A stretch of DNA of 64,000 nt from Terriglobia bacterium (GCA_963695545.1 OY968796.1:3104001-3168000), one strand, 5' to 3'. Shown: positions 42,254 through 53,020, counted from the first letter of the stretch. Numbers and translations: made by a program. The notes: generated from the letters alone by a model not told the origin.

Positions 42254-42439
42254 GTTTTGCGCTTCCTCGCCTCAAACAACGGCTCGAACGACGCTTTGGA
42301 ATCACCTGCTCGCTCACAAAGGTGCTTCGAGCGGGGGCGTAAATCATCGCGGAGCGATTCGCCGGGCTTCAAGCTAATGGAGCGGAGGAGGAACGCCGTC
42401 GCAACTGGATCGAGATCGACAGCTTGAACGCGATCTTCA

Positions 42440-43909
42440 GTTGACTGCGCTCGTTCGGATACGGCAGCACTTCCCACTTGAGTGCGGCTCGTAGAATCCG
42501 TTTCGTCCGCCCGTCGCCATAAAATCCAACTGACGCTTTCCGGCTATCGTCCTTAAAGAAATCACAGCCTTCCGAGGTTAGCAGTTGTTTTTGTTGGGCA
42601 CTACTACGCTGTACCTCAGTTTTCCGAAGCGGCGATCACGGGTCAGAAGATGAACGTTTCGGGCGTCGAAGACCCTGCCATCCGGCCGCCGGAATTTTTC
42701 CGTGGGGTTCGTGAAGCCGCAAAATGACCCATTCTAACGACTGGTAAACAATTCCGAGTTCATTTCCCTTTGGATCGGCATAGGCGACGAAAATGTTGTA
42801 CCCCCCCTTTCTCATCTCTCGGCTTGCAGGCTGATCAATAAGGTAGCCGCTGAACCCGTGTGGGTTCTACCATCCGTAGAACGCCTGATTGGGTCAGCCC
42901 AACGCAGAGTGCAGCCGCGTGTGAGCGGATTACCTTCTGTGCATGCTCGGAGCCGCAGACAGACGCCTTGACCTTCGTACCAGCCGTACTGCCAAAACAA
43001 ACGCAGCCTGCAATGTATTGCCGAAGGACAAACCGTAAGCAAATTCGGAACTGCCGAGCGGACTCGCCAGCCATTCAAAGGCGACAACCAAATTGCGTGC
43101 CTCAGCAAGGGAAATCTCCTTGACGGTCGCGTTTTTGAAATCAGAGGCTAATGCCATTTTTTCGGCAAGGAGCGGATCGGGTTGTTCTGCCATACGTTCG
43201 CGGTTCACGCGCTGGAAGGCTTTGCCATTTGCTGGATAATCCTCAAAGTCTTTGGAAATTTGTTTCTCGCACTCCCCAGCGTGCTTCGCCAAGTTCCTCA
43301 AAGCAAGAGTCAGCTTCTTGGTGATCGTCGGGCTGAGCCGACTGCGAAGCTGGGTTACTTTTTCCAGCTTCTCCCTACGGCTGGCCGATTCGAGGTCGCG
43401 AATCAACTCTGACGCAACGAGATTCACGTCCGGCTCCGAAATTACGCCAGTCGGCGTGACGATCTCTCTGATCTCGCGAAGCAAGCCGCTGTAGTCAGTT
43501 CTCCGTTTTTCTCTCGCGCCTGAACGAGAGCCTTTTCAAACGTAGCATCATCAACGAGGCGCGCGATTCTCTGCCACTTCGCGCTCTGATCCTTCGATAT
43601 ACCGATTTCCTCTAGTGTGGGCGGATTGGCGGTCGGTCTGCTCGACCGCCTTTTGACTCCATCCTTACGCGGTCGTCCTTCACCCCTTGTGCCGGGGTTC
43701 TTTTCCATTTCAAGCAAGAGTTGTCCTGTCCTGCGCTCGGCACGAATTCTTATCTCCGCTGCCTGATTCTGGAGTTCAAAGTCGCCCGCCTGCTTGGCGT
43801 AAACGCGAACGGCTTCCGCTTTGTCACGGATCGCCTTCACCTCATCGACACGGTGGGCGGCGGCGAGCGCACGTCGGGCGGCGTCGTAACGAATGAGCGC
43901 GACAGTCAT
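42440..43909 (-). pseudogene. Mom-like adenine-modification (GNAT) protein fused to phage methylase-associated N-terminal domain, frameshifted
   Basis: LIRYDAARRALAAAHRVDEVKAIRDKA N-terminus; KEISLAEARNLVVAFEWL; CFG; IFVAYADPKGNELGIVYQSLEW (42729-42794); ALKWEVLPYP end. Confidence 0.72.
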
Positions 43910-43980
43910 ATTCAGAGAATTCTCTGGCAGCAAAGGACAACGTCAAGCTACGAGAGCCGTGAAGTGGTATCTTTTTCGGC

Positions 43981-45017
43981 ATGACATCGGACAGGCGCAC
44001 GGTTTTCGTAGTGGGAGCGGGTTTCTCCGCTGATCTTGAATACCCGCTTACTTCTCAACTGCTGCCCCGAGTCAGAAATCGTTTCGACAAAGCGTTTTCG
44101 ACGCAGTTTGACGAGGTGGTCAGATTTCATCACCCCGGATGGGACAGGCGACGGGCTACGCTTCCCGACATCGAACAACTGTTGACGGAATTGTCTGCAA
44201 ACGAAGAGTTGCTGCCTGCGGTTCGTTCGGACTCCCGTTCGATAGCGTTACTCTCGAACGGTTTCGGGAGGAATTGCTGCGCCTCGTTGCCGTTTGGTTC
44301 CACGAAATCCATCAGAAACGCTCTTCGGCGGGCGACAGATCATTGGATCGCTTTCTGAAGCTTATAGGCGAATCAGAGAATCCAGTGGTGATCTCTTTCA
44401 ACTGGGATTACGAGTTGGACGAAGCGTTGTTCGGCAAGAATGGCAAATCCCCAGACCTAACCCGCGAAAGTTACGGGCTAAACACGGGAAAGCTCGCGAG
44501 TCCCGCGTTGCTGAAACCACACGGATCACTGAATTGGTATCCCTCTCGTTCCGGCAAGCACATACAACGTGACTTGCGATTACGGCTGTGGAGATCATCT
44601 GGGTCGGAGCCGTCCATGTACTGTTTCATGCGATGGCGGGCGGTACGCTCGACGCAGGGACGGCGATATGTACCGTGGATTGTTCCACCGACACACTGGA
44701 AACGATTCGACCATTCGATGATGAAACACATTTGGAAGCGGTGTGTGGATACTCTGAGCACCGCTCGTCGAGTGTATTTTCTGGGTTACTCGCTGCCGCT
44801 TGCGGATTGGCATTCCAGATACATTTTTCGCTGTGGGTTCCATAATCAAATTGAAGGACTACCGCTGGCGGGTGGAGGGCGTGCGAAGCCAACCCGATTG
44901 GCAAAGGTCACGGTGGTGAACCCGGATAGCGTCGCCGTTCAGAGGATAGAAACGACGTGTGGAGTGAAAGCCCGCTGGATCGACGACACGATCAGATCAT
45001 GGCTACGATCCCGTTGA
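43981..45017 (+). pseudogene. SIR2-like protein with one frameshift (~44235)
   Basis: VFVVGAGFS, ISFNWD, LKPHGSLNW, IVPP, FLGYSLP motifs across two frames. Confidence 0.85.
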
Positions 45018-45338
45018 TTGAGCGTATTTCGAGCACGATGTGTCATCGGTTTTTGCTTGTCCCTGCCCTGCGGCTGCGTCCGACCTCGATCTGCTCGCGT
45101 TTATTTAACCTATCTTCCAGCGTCACCGTAAGCTGCTGATGTCAAAGGGCGAATTTCGCCGATTTTGACAGCCCAAATTTCATCCGTTAGATGAACATTA
45201 CGGGAGCCGGGCGATGAAACCGTTTTCGGCTGAGAATAATCTTCATCTCTCTACTGCTTCGCTCGCTGGAAACTGACCTGACCGGGGTTTTTTGTACCAG
45301 CGGGAGTGAGAGAGAATTCACTCTGGAGGGAAGCTGGT

Positions 45339-45617
45339 ATGCCGATGAGGAGATACAAGCCGGAGCAGATCGTCACGCTGCTGCGGCAAGTTGAAGTTGA
45401 AATCGCCAACGGAAAGAGCACCCCACAAGCCTGCAAGGAAGCCGAGATCACCGCGCAGACCTACTACCGCTGGCGGAAGGAATACGGCGGCCTGAAGTTG
45501 GATCAAGCGAAACGCCTCAAAGAGTTGGAGCGGGAAAACGCCAAGCTGAAACGGTTGGTGGCGGAGCTTTCGTTGGAGAAGCAAATTCTGAAGGATGTGG
45601 CAGAGGGAAACTTCTAA
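45339..45617 (+). CDS. IS3 transposase OrfA
   Basis: HTH TYYRWRKEYGG, leucine zipper RLKELERENAKLKRLVAEL; slippery GGGAAAC at 45605-45611. Confidence 0.93.
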   Translation: MPMRRYKPEQIVTLLRQVEVEIANGKSTPQACKEAEITAQTYYRWRKEYGGLKLDQAKRLKELERENAKLKRLVAELSLEKQILKDVAEGNF

Positions 45618-45640
45618 GCCCTGAGCGGCGACGTAGCGCG

Positions 45641-46483
45641 GTGGAGCATGCACGCGAGAGCTACCAAGTATCAGAGCGGCATGCCTGCCGGTTGCTGGGG
45701 CAGTGGAGAGGGACACAACGCTACGAGGTGATCCACCGAACGGATGAAGACGCGCTGACGCGAGACATCGTGGCGCTGGCCAGCGAGTACGGGCGCTTCG
45801 GCTATCGGAGGATCACGGCGCTGTTGCAAGCACGGGGCTGGTATGTGGGCAAGGATCGGGTGCAGCGGATCTGGCGGCGCGAAGGGCTGAAAGTGCCGCA
45901 GGGACAAAGGCCGCGAGGAAGGCTGTGGTTGAACGACGGATCGTGTGTTCGTCTCCGGCCGGAACGAGCCAACCATGTGTGGAGCTACGATTTCGTGAGC
46001 GCGATGACCCACGACGGCCGAACACTGCGAATGCTGACGCTGATCGACGAATACACGCGGGAGTGCCTGGCGATCCGCGTGGCGAGAAGGCTGGGGAGAT
46101 ACGAAGTGATCGAAGCGCTGGCGGACGTGATGCTTTACCGGGGAATTCCGGAACATATTCGCTCGGACAACGGCCCGGAGTTCGTGGCCAAGGAGCTGAG
46201 GAGTTGGCTGGCGAAGGTGGGAACGGGGACGCTGTACATCGAACCGGGAAGCCCTTGGGAGAATGGCTACTGCGAAAGCTTCAACGGGAAATTGCGCGAT
46301 GAATGTTTGAACGGAGAGATTTTTTACTCGCTGAAGGAAGCGCAGATCGTGATCGAGAAATGGCGGATGGTGTACAACACGCTGCGTCCGCACTCAGCGC
46401 TGGGCTACAGGCCACCGGCGCCGGTGGCCTGTAGCCCCTTGGTGCCGCCAATTCTCGGTTCGCCGTCGACGGCTGTGATGTAG
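45641..46483 (+). CDS. IS3 transposase OrfB (DDE), reached by -1 frameshift
   Basis: WSYDF, IDEYTRE, RSDNGPEF, ENGYCESFNGKLRDE, YNTLRPHSALGY. Confidence 0.93.
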   Translation: MEHARESYQVSERHACRLLGQWRGTQRYEVIHRTDEDALTRDIVALASEYGRFGYRRITALLQARGWYVGKDRVQRIWRREGLKVPQGQRPRGRLWLNDGSCVRLRPERANHVWSYDFVSAMTHDGRTLRMLTLIDEYTRECLAIRVARRLGRYEVIEALADVMLYRGIPEHIRSDNGPEFVAKELRSWLAKVGTGTLYIEPGSPWENGYCESFNGKLRDECLNGEIFYSLKEAQIVIEKWRMVYNTLRPHSALGYRPPAPVACSPLVPPILGSPSTAVM

Positions 46484-46523
46484 ACTCTCTCATTCACCGT
46501 GGTACAAAAACTCGGGCTGGTCA

Positions 46524-48336
46524 AGAGCCACGGCGGGTTGCCGATGATGAAGTCGAATTGTTGCTTCAGCATCGCGGGTCTGTAGCTGTTGCGGATGATG
46601 AACGACCAGATGGTGTTCTTCTCCTGTCGGATCAAGTCCGCCAACTTTTCGGTGAAAGACCAAAGCGCGTCAACAATCGCTGCATGCTCAAGCAGTTTGT
46701 ACAATTCGGGAACATTGACCGTCAGATACTTGTTTAGTGTCGTTCTGCTTTCCTTCTTCGATTTTGCGTGCGCCTCGGCGACCGTCGCGCAGGCGGCAAT
46801 CGCGTCGTCAAAAAGCTCCGGTGAGTGGATAAGCCAGTCCGGCATCGCGACCGTCTTTTCATTCTTCTCGCCGAACTGAATTTCGAAACCGCTCAACTTC
46901 TCGTACAGATTCTGCTCGACTTCGCGCGGAAGGAACAGCGAGTCCGCCAGATACACGGGGATGTTGACGGGCTTGCGTGCGGCGTTCACGAGCTTGCCGA
47001 GCGCGAGAACGTATGTGGCGCGGGAGATAGTAACCGCGACGGGGTGGATGTCGATGCCCTGAACCTTGCCGAGTATCATTCGCAGCTTGTCGTTGTCAGT
47101 GCCATCGGGATTGTGGTTCAGGAAGTGGTGGATCGTGGCACGCAGGAAGCTGCCCGAGCCGCAGCTTGGATCGAGCACCGCTTTGTAGCCGTGCTTCGGT
47201 AAAAGCTCGTCCACGATGCGTTCGCACAGCCAGTCGGGCGTGTAATACTCGCCAAGGTCGTGACGATCCTTGGGGTCGATCAACTGCTGGTAGACGCCCT
47301 TGAGCACGTCCTCCTTGATGTGAGACAGGTCATAGTCCGCGAGGTGTGAGAGGATGCGCTCCCACATCGGGGCGAGAATCTTCTCGGCTTCCACGCTGCG
47401 AATCCAGTGAAAGAAGTCATCATCCACGAGGTTCGCGAGCCGCTTGGACTCGAAGTAGCGACCCGAGAGCACATCCTTCGCGACCTGCCTCAGGTTCGCG
47501 GTGCTCTTGCCCTGCGACAGGGCAGCCCAAATCAGCAGCCGGGCGATGCTCGCGAGATAGGTGTGCCGCAGGAACAGGTTCTCAAGCTCGGAGATTTCCT
47601 GCGCGGTCTCTATGTCCCGCACCGCCGTGGTGTCCTCGGTCAGGCGACCGTAGGTGACGGTGAGGTACCGCTGCCACGTCTCGAACGCGAGCTTGGCTTC
47701 CGATCCGCCGCTGACCTTTGCCCACGCACGCTTGAGCGCAGCCATGCCCTCGTGGAACTGGAAGCTCTGGCTGCCGAACTCAAGCTGGAACTGCTCGGCG
47801 GTCGCCTCTACCTGCTGCTCACGAAACAGCAAACTCGTGAGCCACAGCCAAAACTCGCCCAGCGTCTCATCTGCCAGCTTGAAGTCGCTTAGTTCGTCCA
47901 GCACGACGTTCTCAGGCGTCGGCTCCTTCCCCTCGGGAAGCACGGGGCGGTAGCGAATCCAACGGCTGCCGTCCGTCGCTATCGCCAGCAGTGGACGCAG
48001 CGCGTTTCTCTTTTCCTTCTGCCAAGTCCCGGCGACGTACTCGCAAAGCTGACCCTTCGCCTCTTCGAGCGTGGCGGACAGAGACTTCTCAAACTCGATG
48101 ATGGCGTTGCCGTAGTAGGCGTCGGCGCGTCCTCTCTTCTGTCCCACCGCTTGGTCGATGCGGATCAGTTTCTCGACCCCACGGGAGAACTCGGAGACGG
48201 CGTTCGTGCCGGGGAAAAGCTCTGCGATTACGGCGGCGAAGCGCGACCGCTTGGCGGCTTCGTTGGGGAGTGTCTTGACCTCGCGGGCGTAGGCCCGCAA
48301 CGTCTCCTTGACCTTTGGCTCAAGCGTCTCAGGCAT
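46524..48336 (-). pseudogene. Type IIG-like restriction-modification fusion (nuclease + N6 MTase), truncated by IS3
   Basis: RADAYYGNAIIEFEK nuclease motif, LGEYYTPDW, VLDPSCGSGSFL, GIDIHP, IIGNPPWL then IS end. Confidence 0.88.
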
Positions 48337-48421
48337 TGGCGTGAATGATAGCAGCGAGGGCAAAGAAAAGGGGTGCATCTTGCGATGCTCTTACGGCATC
48401 AGCAACTTTTCTTGTTCCGCT

Positions 48422-49892
48422 TTAGCTGGAGGCGAGTCGAAGTTTTTCTAACAGCTTTAGAAGAGCTAGCGTATCCAGAGCACAATAGTCGAGCAGAGCT
48501 TTCTGAATTCTCTCGCGCTCGCCGCCATCAAAGCAGCCGCGCAAGAGCGCCTCCCACGCCAGTCCGGCTTCCTGCCCGTTCGCAACCGTCATCCCGTCGT
48601 AGCTCATCTCAGGCACGAGAGCGGGCAGCACGGACTTGAGGCTGTACGATCCGGCGAACGCGGGGTGGTAAACATGTGCCCGCACGATGGGCAGTAGATC
48701 GAACAGGCGGTCTTGGATTGTTTTGATCTGATCCGCGAACCGAGGAAACCAAGTCGCGAGTTCCGAAAGACGCTTAGATTCGAACGACGAATACACGACG
48801 ATGCTGCCGCTTTCGCCGAGTGCAGCGCAGAGGGAGCTAATGAACTCGCGCCGAGGATCGCTGCTACCTGCGGCAAGAAACTCGTAGTGCTCTGGCTCTG
48901 CGCCCGCTTGTCGCTGCACATGGACTGACCATTGAAAGGGCAGGTGGTCGTAGGGTCGCATTCCCGCGAACGGCGGAATCGCCCGATTCAGAGTCTCGAA
49001 ATCGGCGAAGTACAACGGGTAGGTCAACCCGTCCAACAGATCGCGGAGTCCATCGCTGAACCACGGTCGTCCCGTCTGCACGCACGTCGCAGCACGGCGT
49101 TGAATGTCGCTCAACTGGAAATCGTGAGGGATGTCCCGAATTGACTCGACGCCAATCTCCTCAAGCGCATCGACCGCGCTGGCGTGGATGCGCGGCAAAA
49201 ATCCGATGTGATCCTGCGAGCGCGGCGGGTTGCAGTGATCGAAAAATTCGCAAGTGACGGGGGCGGTACAGTGCGCACCAATTTTGATGTTGGGAGGAGT
49301 CGGCTGCTCCAGAATCCGAAATTCCGACCGTAGCTGCAACGTCAGCTTGTGCTGCAACCCCTCGACTCGCCGGGCCACATTGCGGATGCGAAAGAATTCT
49401 CGCGGGTCGATTTCACCGCCCGGATAAACATAGTTTCGGTTGATGTGAGCCAGAGATGCCGAAGCCATGTCCAGCCCTGACCGCGAAACCACGCGATACT
49501 GGATCGCTACGTCTTCGAGGTGGTGATCCTTGAGATCGGTCGTTGACTTGACTTCAATCAATTTCCAGCGACCGTCGAGCCGTCGCTGTAGGACGTCCAC
49601 TTTCACGAGCACGTTCTTGTGCTCAAACACCCCCTCGAAAATCGCTGGCACGTCCGGGTTTGCCACCAGTTCGCGAGTTGCGCGGATCGCTTTGTCCAGC
49701 CTGCCGTCACTCGGAACCTCGACCCCGCCCGGAAAAAGCTGCCGGGCAAGCAAGACCGACCTGCCGCCCCTGTTCGATGATGGCTTGATCAGCAGCGTCC
49801 GGCGCGACTGCCAGTTCTGGTTCGTGGACGAGCAGATACAAACGTTTGGCGCACTGGCGGCCAGCAATAACTTTTGTTTTGCTGATTCTCAT
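48422..49892 (-). pseudogene. DUF2779-domain nuclease-like protein (RecB/Cas4-like + RNase H-like), frameshift near 49755
   Basis: ISKTK...QCAKRLYL; VDVL...LIEVKS; HC...CEFFDHC; DFET, PFQWSVH, SYSLKSVLPAL, LLDYCALDT. Confidence 0.85.
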
Positions 49893-49925
49893 GTTCAAGG
49901 CTTCGAGCAGCGGCGTCGGACTGAA

Positions 49926-50267
49926 TTATGCATCCGCCCGATACGGCTTCCTATCGTCGATCAGATGAAGCTTGTACTTGTGAAATTGCGCGATGCTTGC
50001 CGGGGAACGGTCGCGCCCGCAGAAGATGTCCTTGAGTCGCGAGTCCGCGCAAGCGAGCCGCTCAAGAGCACGCCACCACAGGATACCGGGTCGCCCGGAG
50101 TCGGTCGCACCGTCCGGGCGCGAGTGGAGGAGCCGGAACTCCCTTTCGGAATTGACAAAGTCCCTGACGGCGTTCTCCACTTCCTCCGGGCTGGGGTTGA
50201 CGAACTTGACCTCGATCTCTCCATCCGGCTTGACGCTCGTCTCGATGATTTCGTCGAACATCTCCAC
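49926..50267 (-). CDS. Hypothetical protein
   Basis: GAGGAGGAG RBS; N-terminal motif shared with adjacent ORF. Confidence 0.6.
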   Translation of the reverse strand: MEMFDEIIETSVKPDGEIEVKFVNPSPEEVENAVRDFVNSEREFRLLHSRPDGATDSGRPGILWWRALERLACADSRLKDIFCGRDRSPASIAQFHKYKLHLIDDRKPYRADA

Positions 50268-50293
50268 GTCACTCCTCCTCGCAGCGTCGCCCG

Positions 50294-50623
50294 CTAAGCC
50301 TGCGCCTTGACCCTGTGCATATAGAGCAGGAGCGAGCGGAACCGTTCGTATGCTTCCGCCCGCATCTCCTTATCAGCCCACCCCTCGAAGAACATCTGCT
50401 TGAGTTTCCCCTCGGCGGCAACCGACCTGTCCTTCGCTGTCTCGTCCGCGTATGTGCACGAGAAGTACTCGTTGGCGGCGAACTCGACCATGGTCTGCGC
50501 GAGGTCGATGTCGCGGATCATCTGCTCGTCGCCGATCAGCCTCACGGTTACCGTGCCGTCAGGGGCAATCTTCGTCTCGATCTGCTCGTCGAGCGTCGTC
50601 GCGACCTGCTTGTCGTCCGCCAT
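50294..50623 (-). CDS. Hypothetical protein
   Basis: Purine-rich RBS; 109-aa protein-like ORF. Confidence 0.65.
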   Translation of the reverse strand: MADDKQVATTLDEQIETKIAPDGTVTVRLIGDEQMIRDIDLAQTMVEFAANEYFSCTYADETAKDRSVAAEGKLKQMFFEGWADKEMRAEAYERFRSLLLYMHRVKAQA

Positions 50624-50665
50624 CTCTTCTCTTTCTCCCTATCGAATTGAGGTTCCGCTTCCTTC

Positions 50666-51203
50666 CTATACGGTGGCGTACATGTTCCGGCGAATCCAGC
50701 GGCTCAGCAGCACCAGCAGCACCGGGGCAAATACGAAGAACGGAGCGATGGCGAACACCAACGCCGCACTCTCGGGGTTGAGACTGCTGAGGCGTTCGGG
50801 AAACACCTTACCGAGTCCAATCGCGAAAATAACTTCGGCGGCGACGGAGCCGATGAAACCGCTGACCATGAACCAAATCGACTTGGCGAGCGTCTGCCAC
50901 ATACCGCCGTGGTCTTGACGCCAAGTGCTCAGCTTTCCCGCTCGCTGCCACTGCCGGACGCTGTGCCAATGGCAGATGAAGACCATCCAGATCGCGCAGG
51001 CAAGCGGTCCCGGTAAGGAAGTAGAGCACGCCCCAAATCCGCATATCGGCACCGCTCAACGCGAGAGCCTCGATGCCGACTGTAAAAAGAAGAGGAGCCG
51101 ATAGTCCAAACATGAGCAGGGTGAGTAGGAACAGGATTTCCGACAGCACCCATTTCAGGAATTCGCGGGCTGTTCCGGCGATGTCGATAACCATTGGCTC
51201 CAT
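50666..51203 (-). pseudogene. Frameshifted multi-pass membrane protein
   Basis: GGAGG RBS; hydrophobic helices continue across two overlapping ORFs (shift near 51010). Confidence 0.6.
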
Positions 51204-51257
51204 GGACGTTTCCTCCGGTACGAGACCCCTTCGCGATAGTTCTGGCGTCGGAAGATG

Positions 51258-51896
51258 TCAGGCGCATGCAGCCGTAGCGTGCTGAGAACGGGCAGCGGCG
51301 TACACAGTCCCAACTGACAGATTCATTTCGTTGGCTATCCACCGCCACGAATGCCCGGAGGCTCGCAGTGAGTTGATCCGGTCAACATCGACAGCTTTTC
51401 TCGGTCGCCCGAGGCGTTTGCCCTTCGCCCTAGCATTTCGCAATCCTGCCCGCACGCGCTCAACTATCGTCTCTCGCTCGCTTTCCGCTACCGCTGCGAG
51501 AACGTGAAAGACAAATTTGCCTGATGGAATCGTCGTATCAATTTGCTCGATCATTGCCACAAAATTGATCTTCAGCGCGTGAAAGGTCTCAAGTGCTCGG
51601 CACAGGTGTGAAACTGAGCGCGAAAAACGGTCGAACCGCCAGACGACGACCACGTCGAATCTCCGCGCATGAGCATCCGCCATCAAGCGATTCAGTTCGG
51701 GTCGGGAATCCTTCCTGCCCGAGACGCCCTCGTCCACATAGCAGTCAAAAATATCCCAGCCCCGTCGCTGACAGTACTCGCGCAGTTCTCGTGTCTGCAT
51801 CGCCGAGTCTTGCCCGTGACCTATCGTCGAAACCCGAGAATACACGGCAGCTTTGATCTTTTGCGGGCCGCAATCGCGAACAACCTGCAATCCCAT
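51258..51896 (-). CDS. Small serine recombinase (resolvase/invertase)
   Basis: YSRVST, DEGVSG, RPELNRL, DRFSRS, ERETIVER, GRP, C-terminal HTH. Confidence 0.93.
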   Translation of the reverse strand: MGLQVVRDCGPQKIKAAVYSRVSTIGHGQDSAMQTRELREYCQRRGWDIFDCYVDEGVSGRKDSRPELNRLMADAHARRFDVVVVWRFDRFSRSVSHLCRALETFHALKINFVAMIEQIDTTIPSGKFVFHVLAAVAESERETIVERVRAGLRNARAKGKRLGRPRKAVDVDRINSLRASGHSWRWIANEMNLSVGTVYAAARSQHATAACA

Positions 51897-52063
51897 CAGG
51901 ACTCCCTTCGTACCCCAAACTGTTTGCCAAACCCGTTCAAAAACCCTGCGCGGGGCGTTCCGGGCGACGCTCTACTCTCCCGTAGACCTGATCCCTTCTG
52001 GTGAGCGTAGAACCGCCCAGAACGCCCCGACGAAGGCTGCTCATTTGCTCTTGGAATCGTCCT

Positions 52064-52315
52064 TCATCGCCTGCCCGCCTTCTGCTGCTCGTGCGCCTTT
52101 CGCAACGTCTCATCGAAGCATGCTTCGCACATGCCGCCAGTCTCGCCGCCGTCGCCTTGCGTAAATCGGTGAGCACAGGAAGGGCACCTGAACTCGATTC
52201 CGGTCGGAGGTTGACCTTGACCGTTGGGATGGAGCGGGACAGCCTCCGTTCCGCACCGAACGCACTTCTCGCCGAGAACTTGCTGGCACTGCACACAGAT
52301 GCGAGTCACGCGCAT
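52064..52315 (-). CDS. Small zinc-finger protein
   Basis: Four CxxC pairs (CVQC, CVRC, CPSC, CEAC). Confidence 0.6.
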   Translation of the reverse strand: MRVTRICVQCQQVLGEKCVRCGTEAVPLHPNGQGQPPTGIEFRCPSCAHRFTQGDGGETGGMCEACFDETLRKAHEQQKAGRR

Positions 52316-52457
52316 CCCCGAATGGTGCCGAAGAACCGGGTGGGACTTGCGATTGCTGGCGAGGTTCCGAATGAAAACAGGGGCGTGAATGCGAGCGGAC
52401 AGACGACTGTTACAATTCGAGCAGCCATTGCAGCCTCCAGTTAGGTTGCTGTGGTCA

Positions 52458-52491
52458 GGGACGACCCGGTGTATCAGCACCGGGTCGTCCC
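52458..52491. terminator. Perfect 14-bp hairpin after RHH gene
   Basis: gggacgacccggtg-tatcag-caccgggtcgtccc; no clear U-tract. Confidence 0.5.
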
Positions 52492-52493
52492 GC

Positions 52494-52637
52494 TTATTTC
52501 AATTCTTTGGCTCTTTCCTGAAGGTACTTATCAATCGCACGCCGGATCAGTTCGGCAAGCGGAGCACCCGTCTTATCGGATAGCTTTTGCAGCTTCTCAA
52601 TCTGCTCTTCTTTAAGGAAGAGGGCCGTACGCTTCAT
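52494..52637 (-). CDS. Ribbon-helix-helix (CopG-like) regulator, 47 aa
   Basis: Hand-translated, below ORF cutoff: MKRTALFLKEEQIEKLQKLSDKTGAPLAELIRRAIDKYL. Confidence 0.85.
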   Translation of the reverse strand: MKRTALFLKEEQIEKLQKLSDKTGAPLAELIRRAIDKYLQERAKELK

Positions 52638-53020
52638 AGGCATACATATTACCATACAGATGCATACATGTCCATAGGCCGGAAGTACTGGCGTACTTTG
52701 AGGTGCGAAAGATTGGGTTTTGGAACATCTTTGGAACAGCTAGGATGATAGGAAACGAGGGGGTTCATTGCGGCTTAGCGCAGCCTTTGCACCATCCACT
52801 TCCGGGAGCAGCGGTCAGAAGGGCGAACCCGCGAGGGCAGTTCTTGCTTTGGGGTGGACTTTCCGGAATTCTTCAGTATGGGTCGGAGCACCGTCTTCGA
52901 ACGTGATAGTTGGCAGAACTCCTATGAAGAGCGCAACTTACCAACAACTTGTACCTAAACGGCAAAACTAGCGCGTTCAGTGCGTTGCAAGCCCCCGCAA
53001 CCAATTCGATGCTTCACGCG

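Larger units (their letters stand above)
45274..46523 (+). mobile_element. IS3-family (IS407-group-like) insertion sequence, 1250 bp
   Basis: TG...CA ends; imperfect IRs tgacctgaccggggttttttgtacca / tgaccagcccgagtttttgtacca; no target duplication seen. Confidence 0.93.

Noticed and set aside
40809..45017. Canonical Thoeris system
   Set aside because: SIR2 lacks a SLOG/Macro domain and is divergent from, not operonic with, the TIR gene
45140..45170. Imperfect palindrome tgtcaaa...tttgaca after SIR2
   Set aside because: Could be an operator or terminator but its downstream context appears deleted by the IS; no support for a function
46405..46523. C-terminal 39 residues of the 657-aa MTase ORF
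   Set aside because: Read-through into the IS3 right end, not native protein
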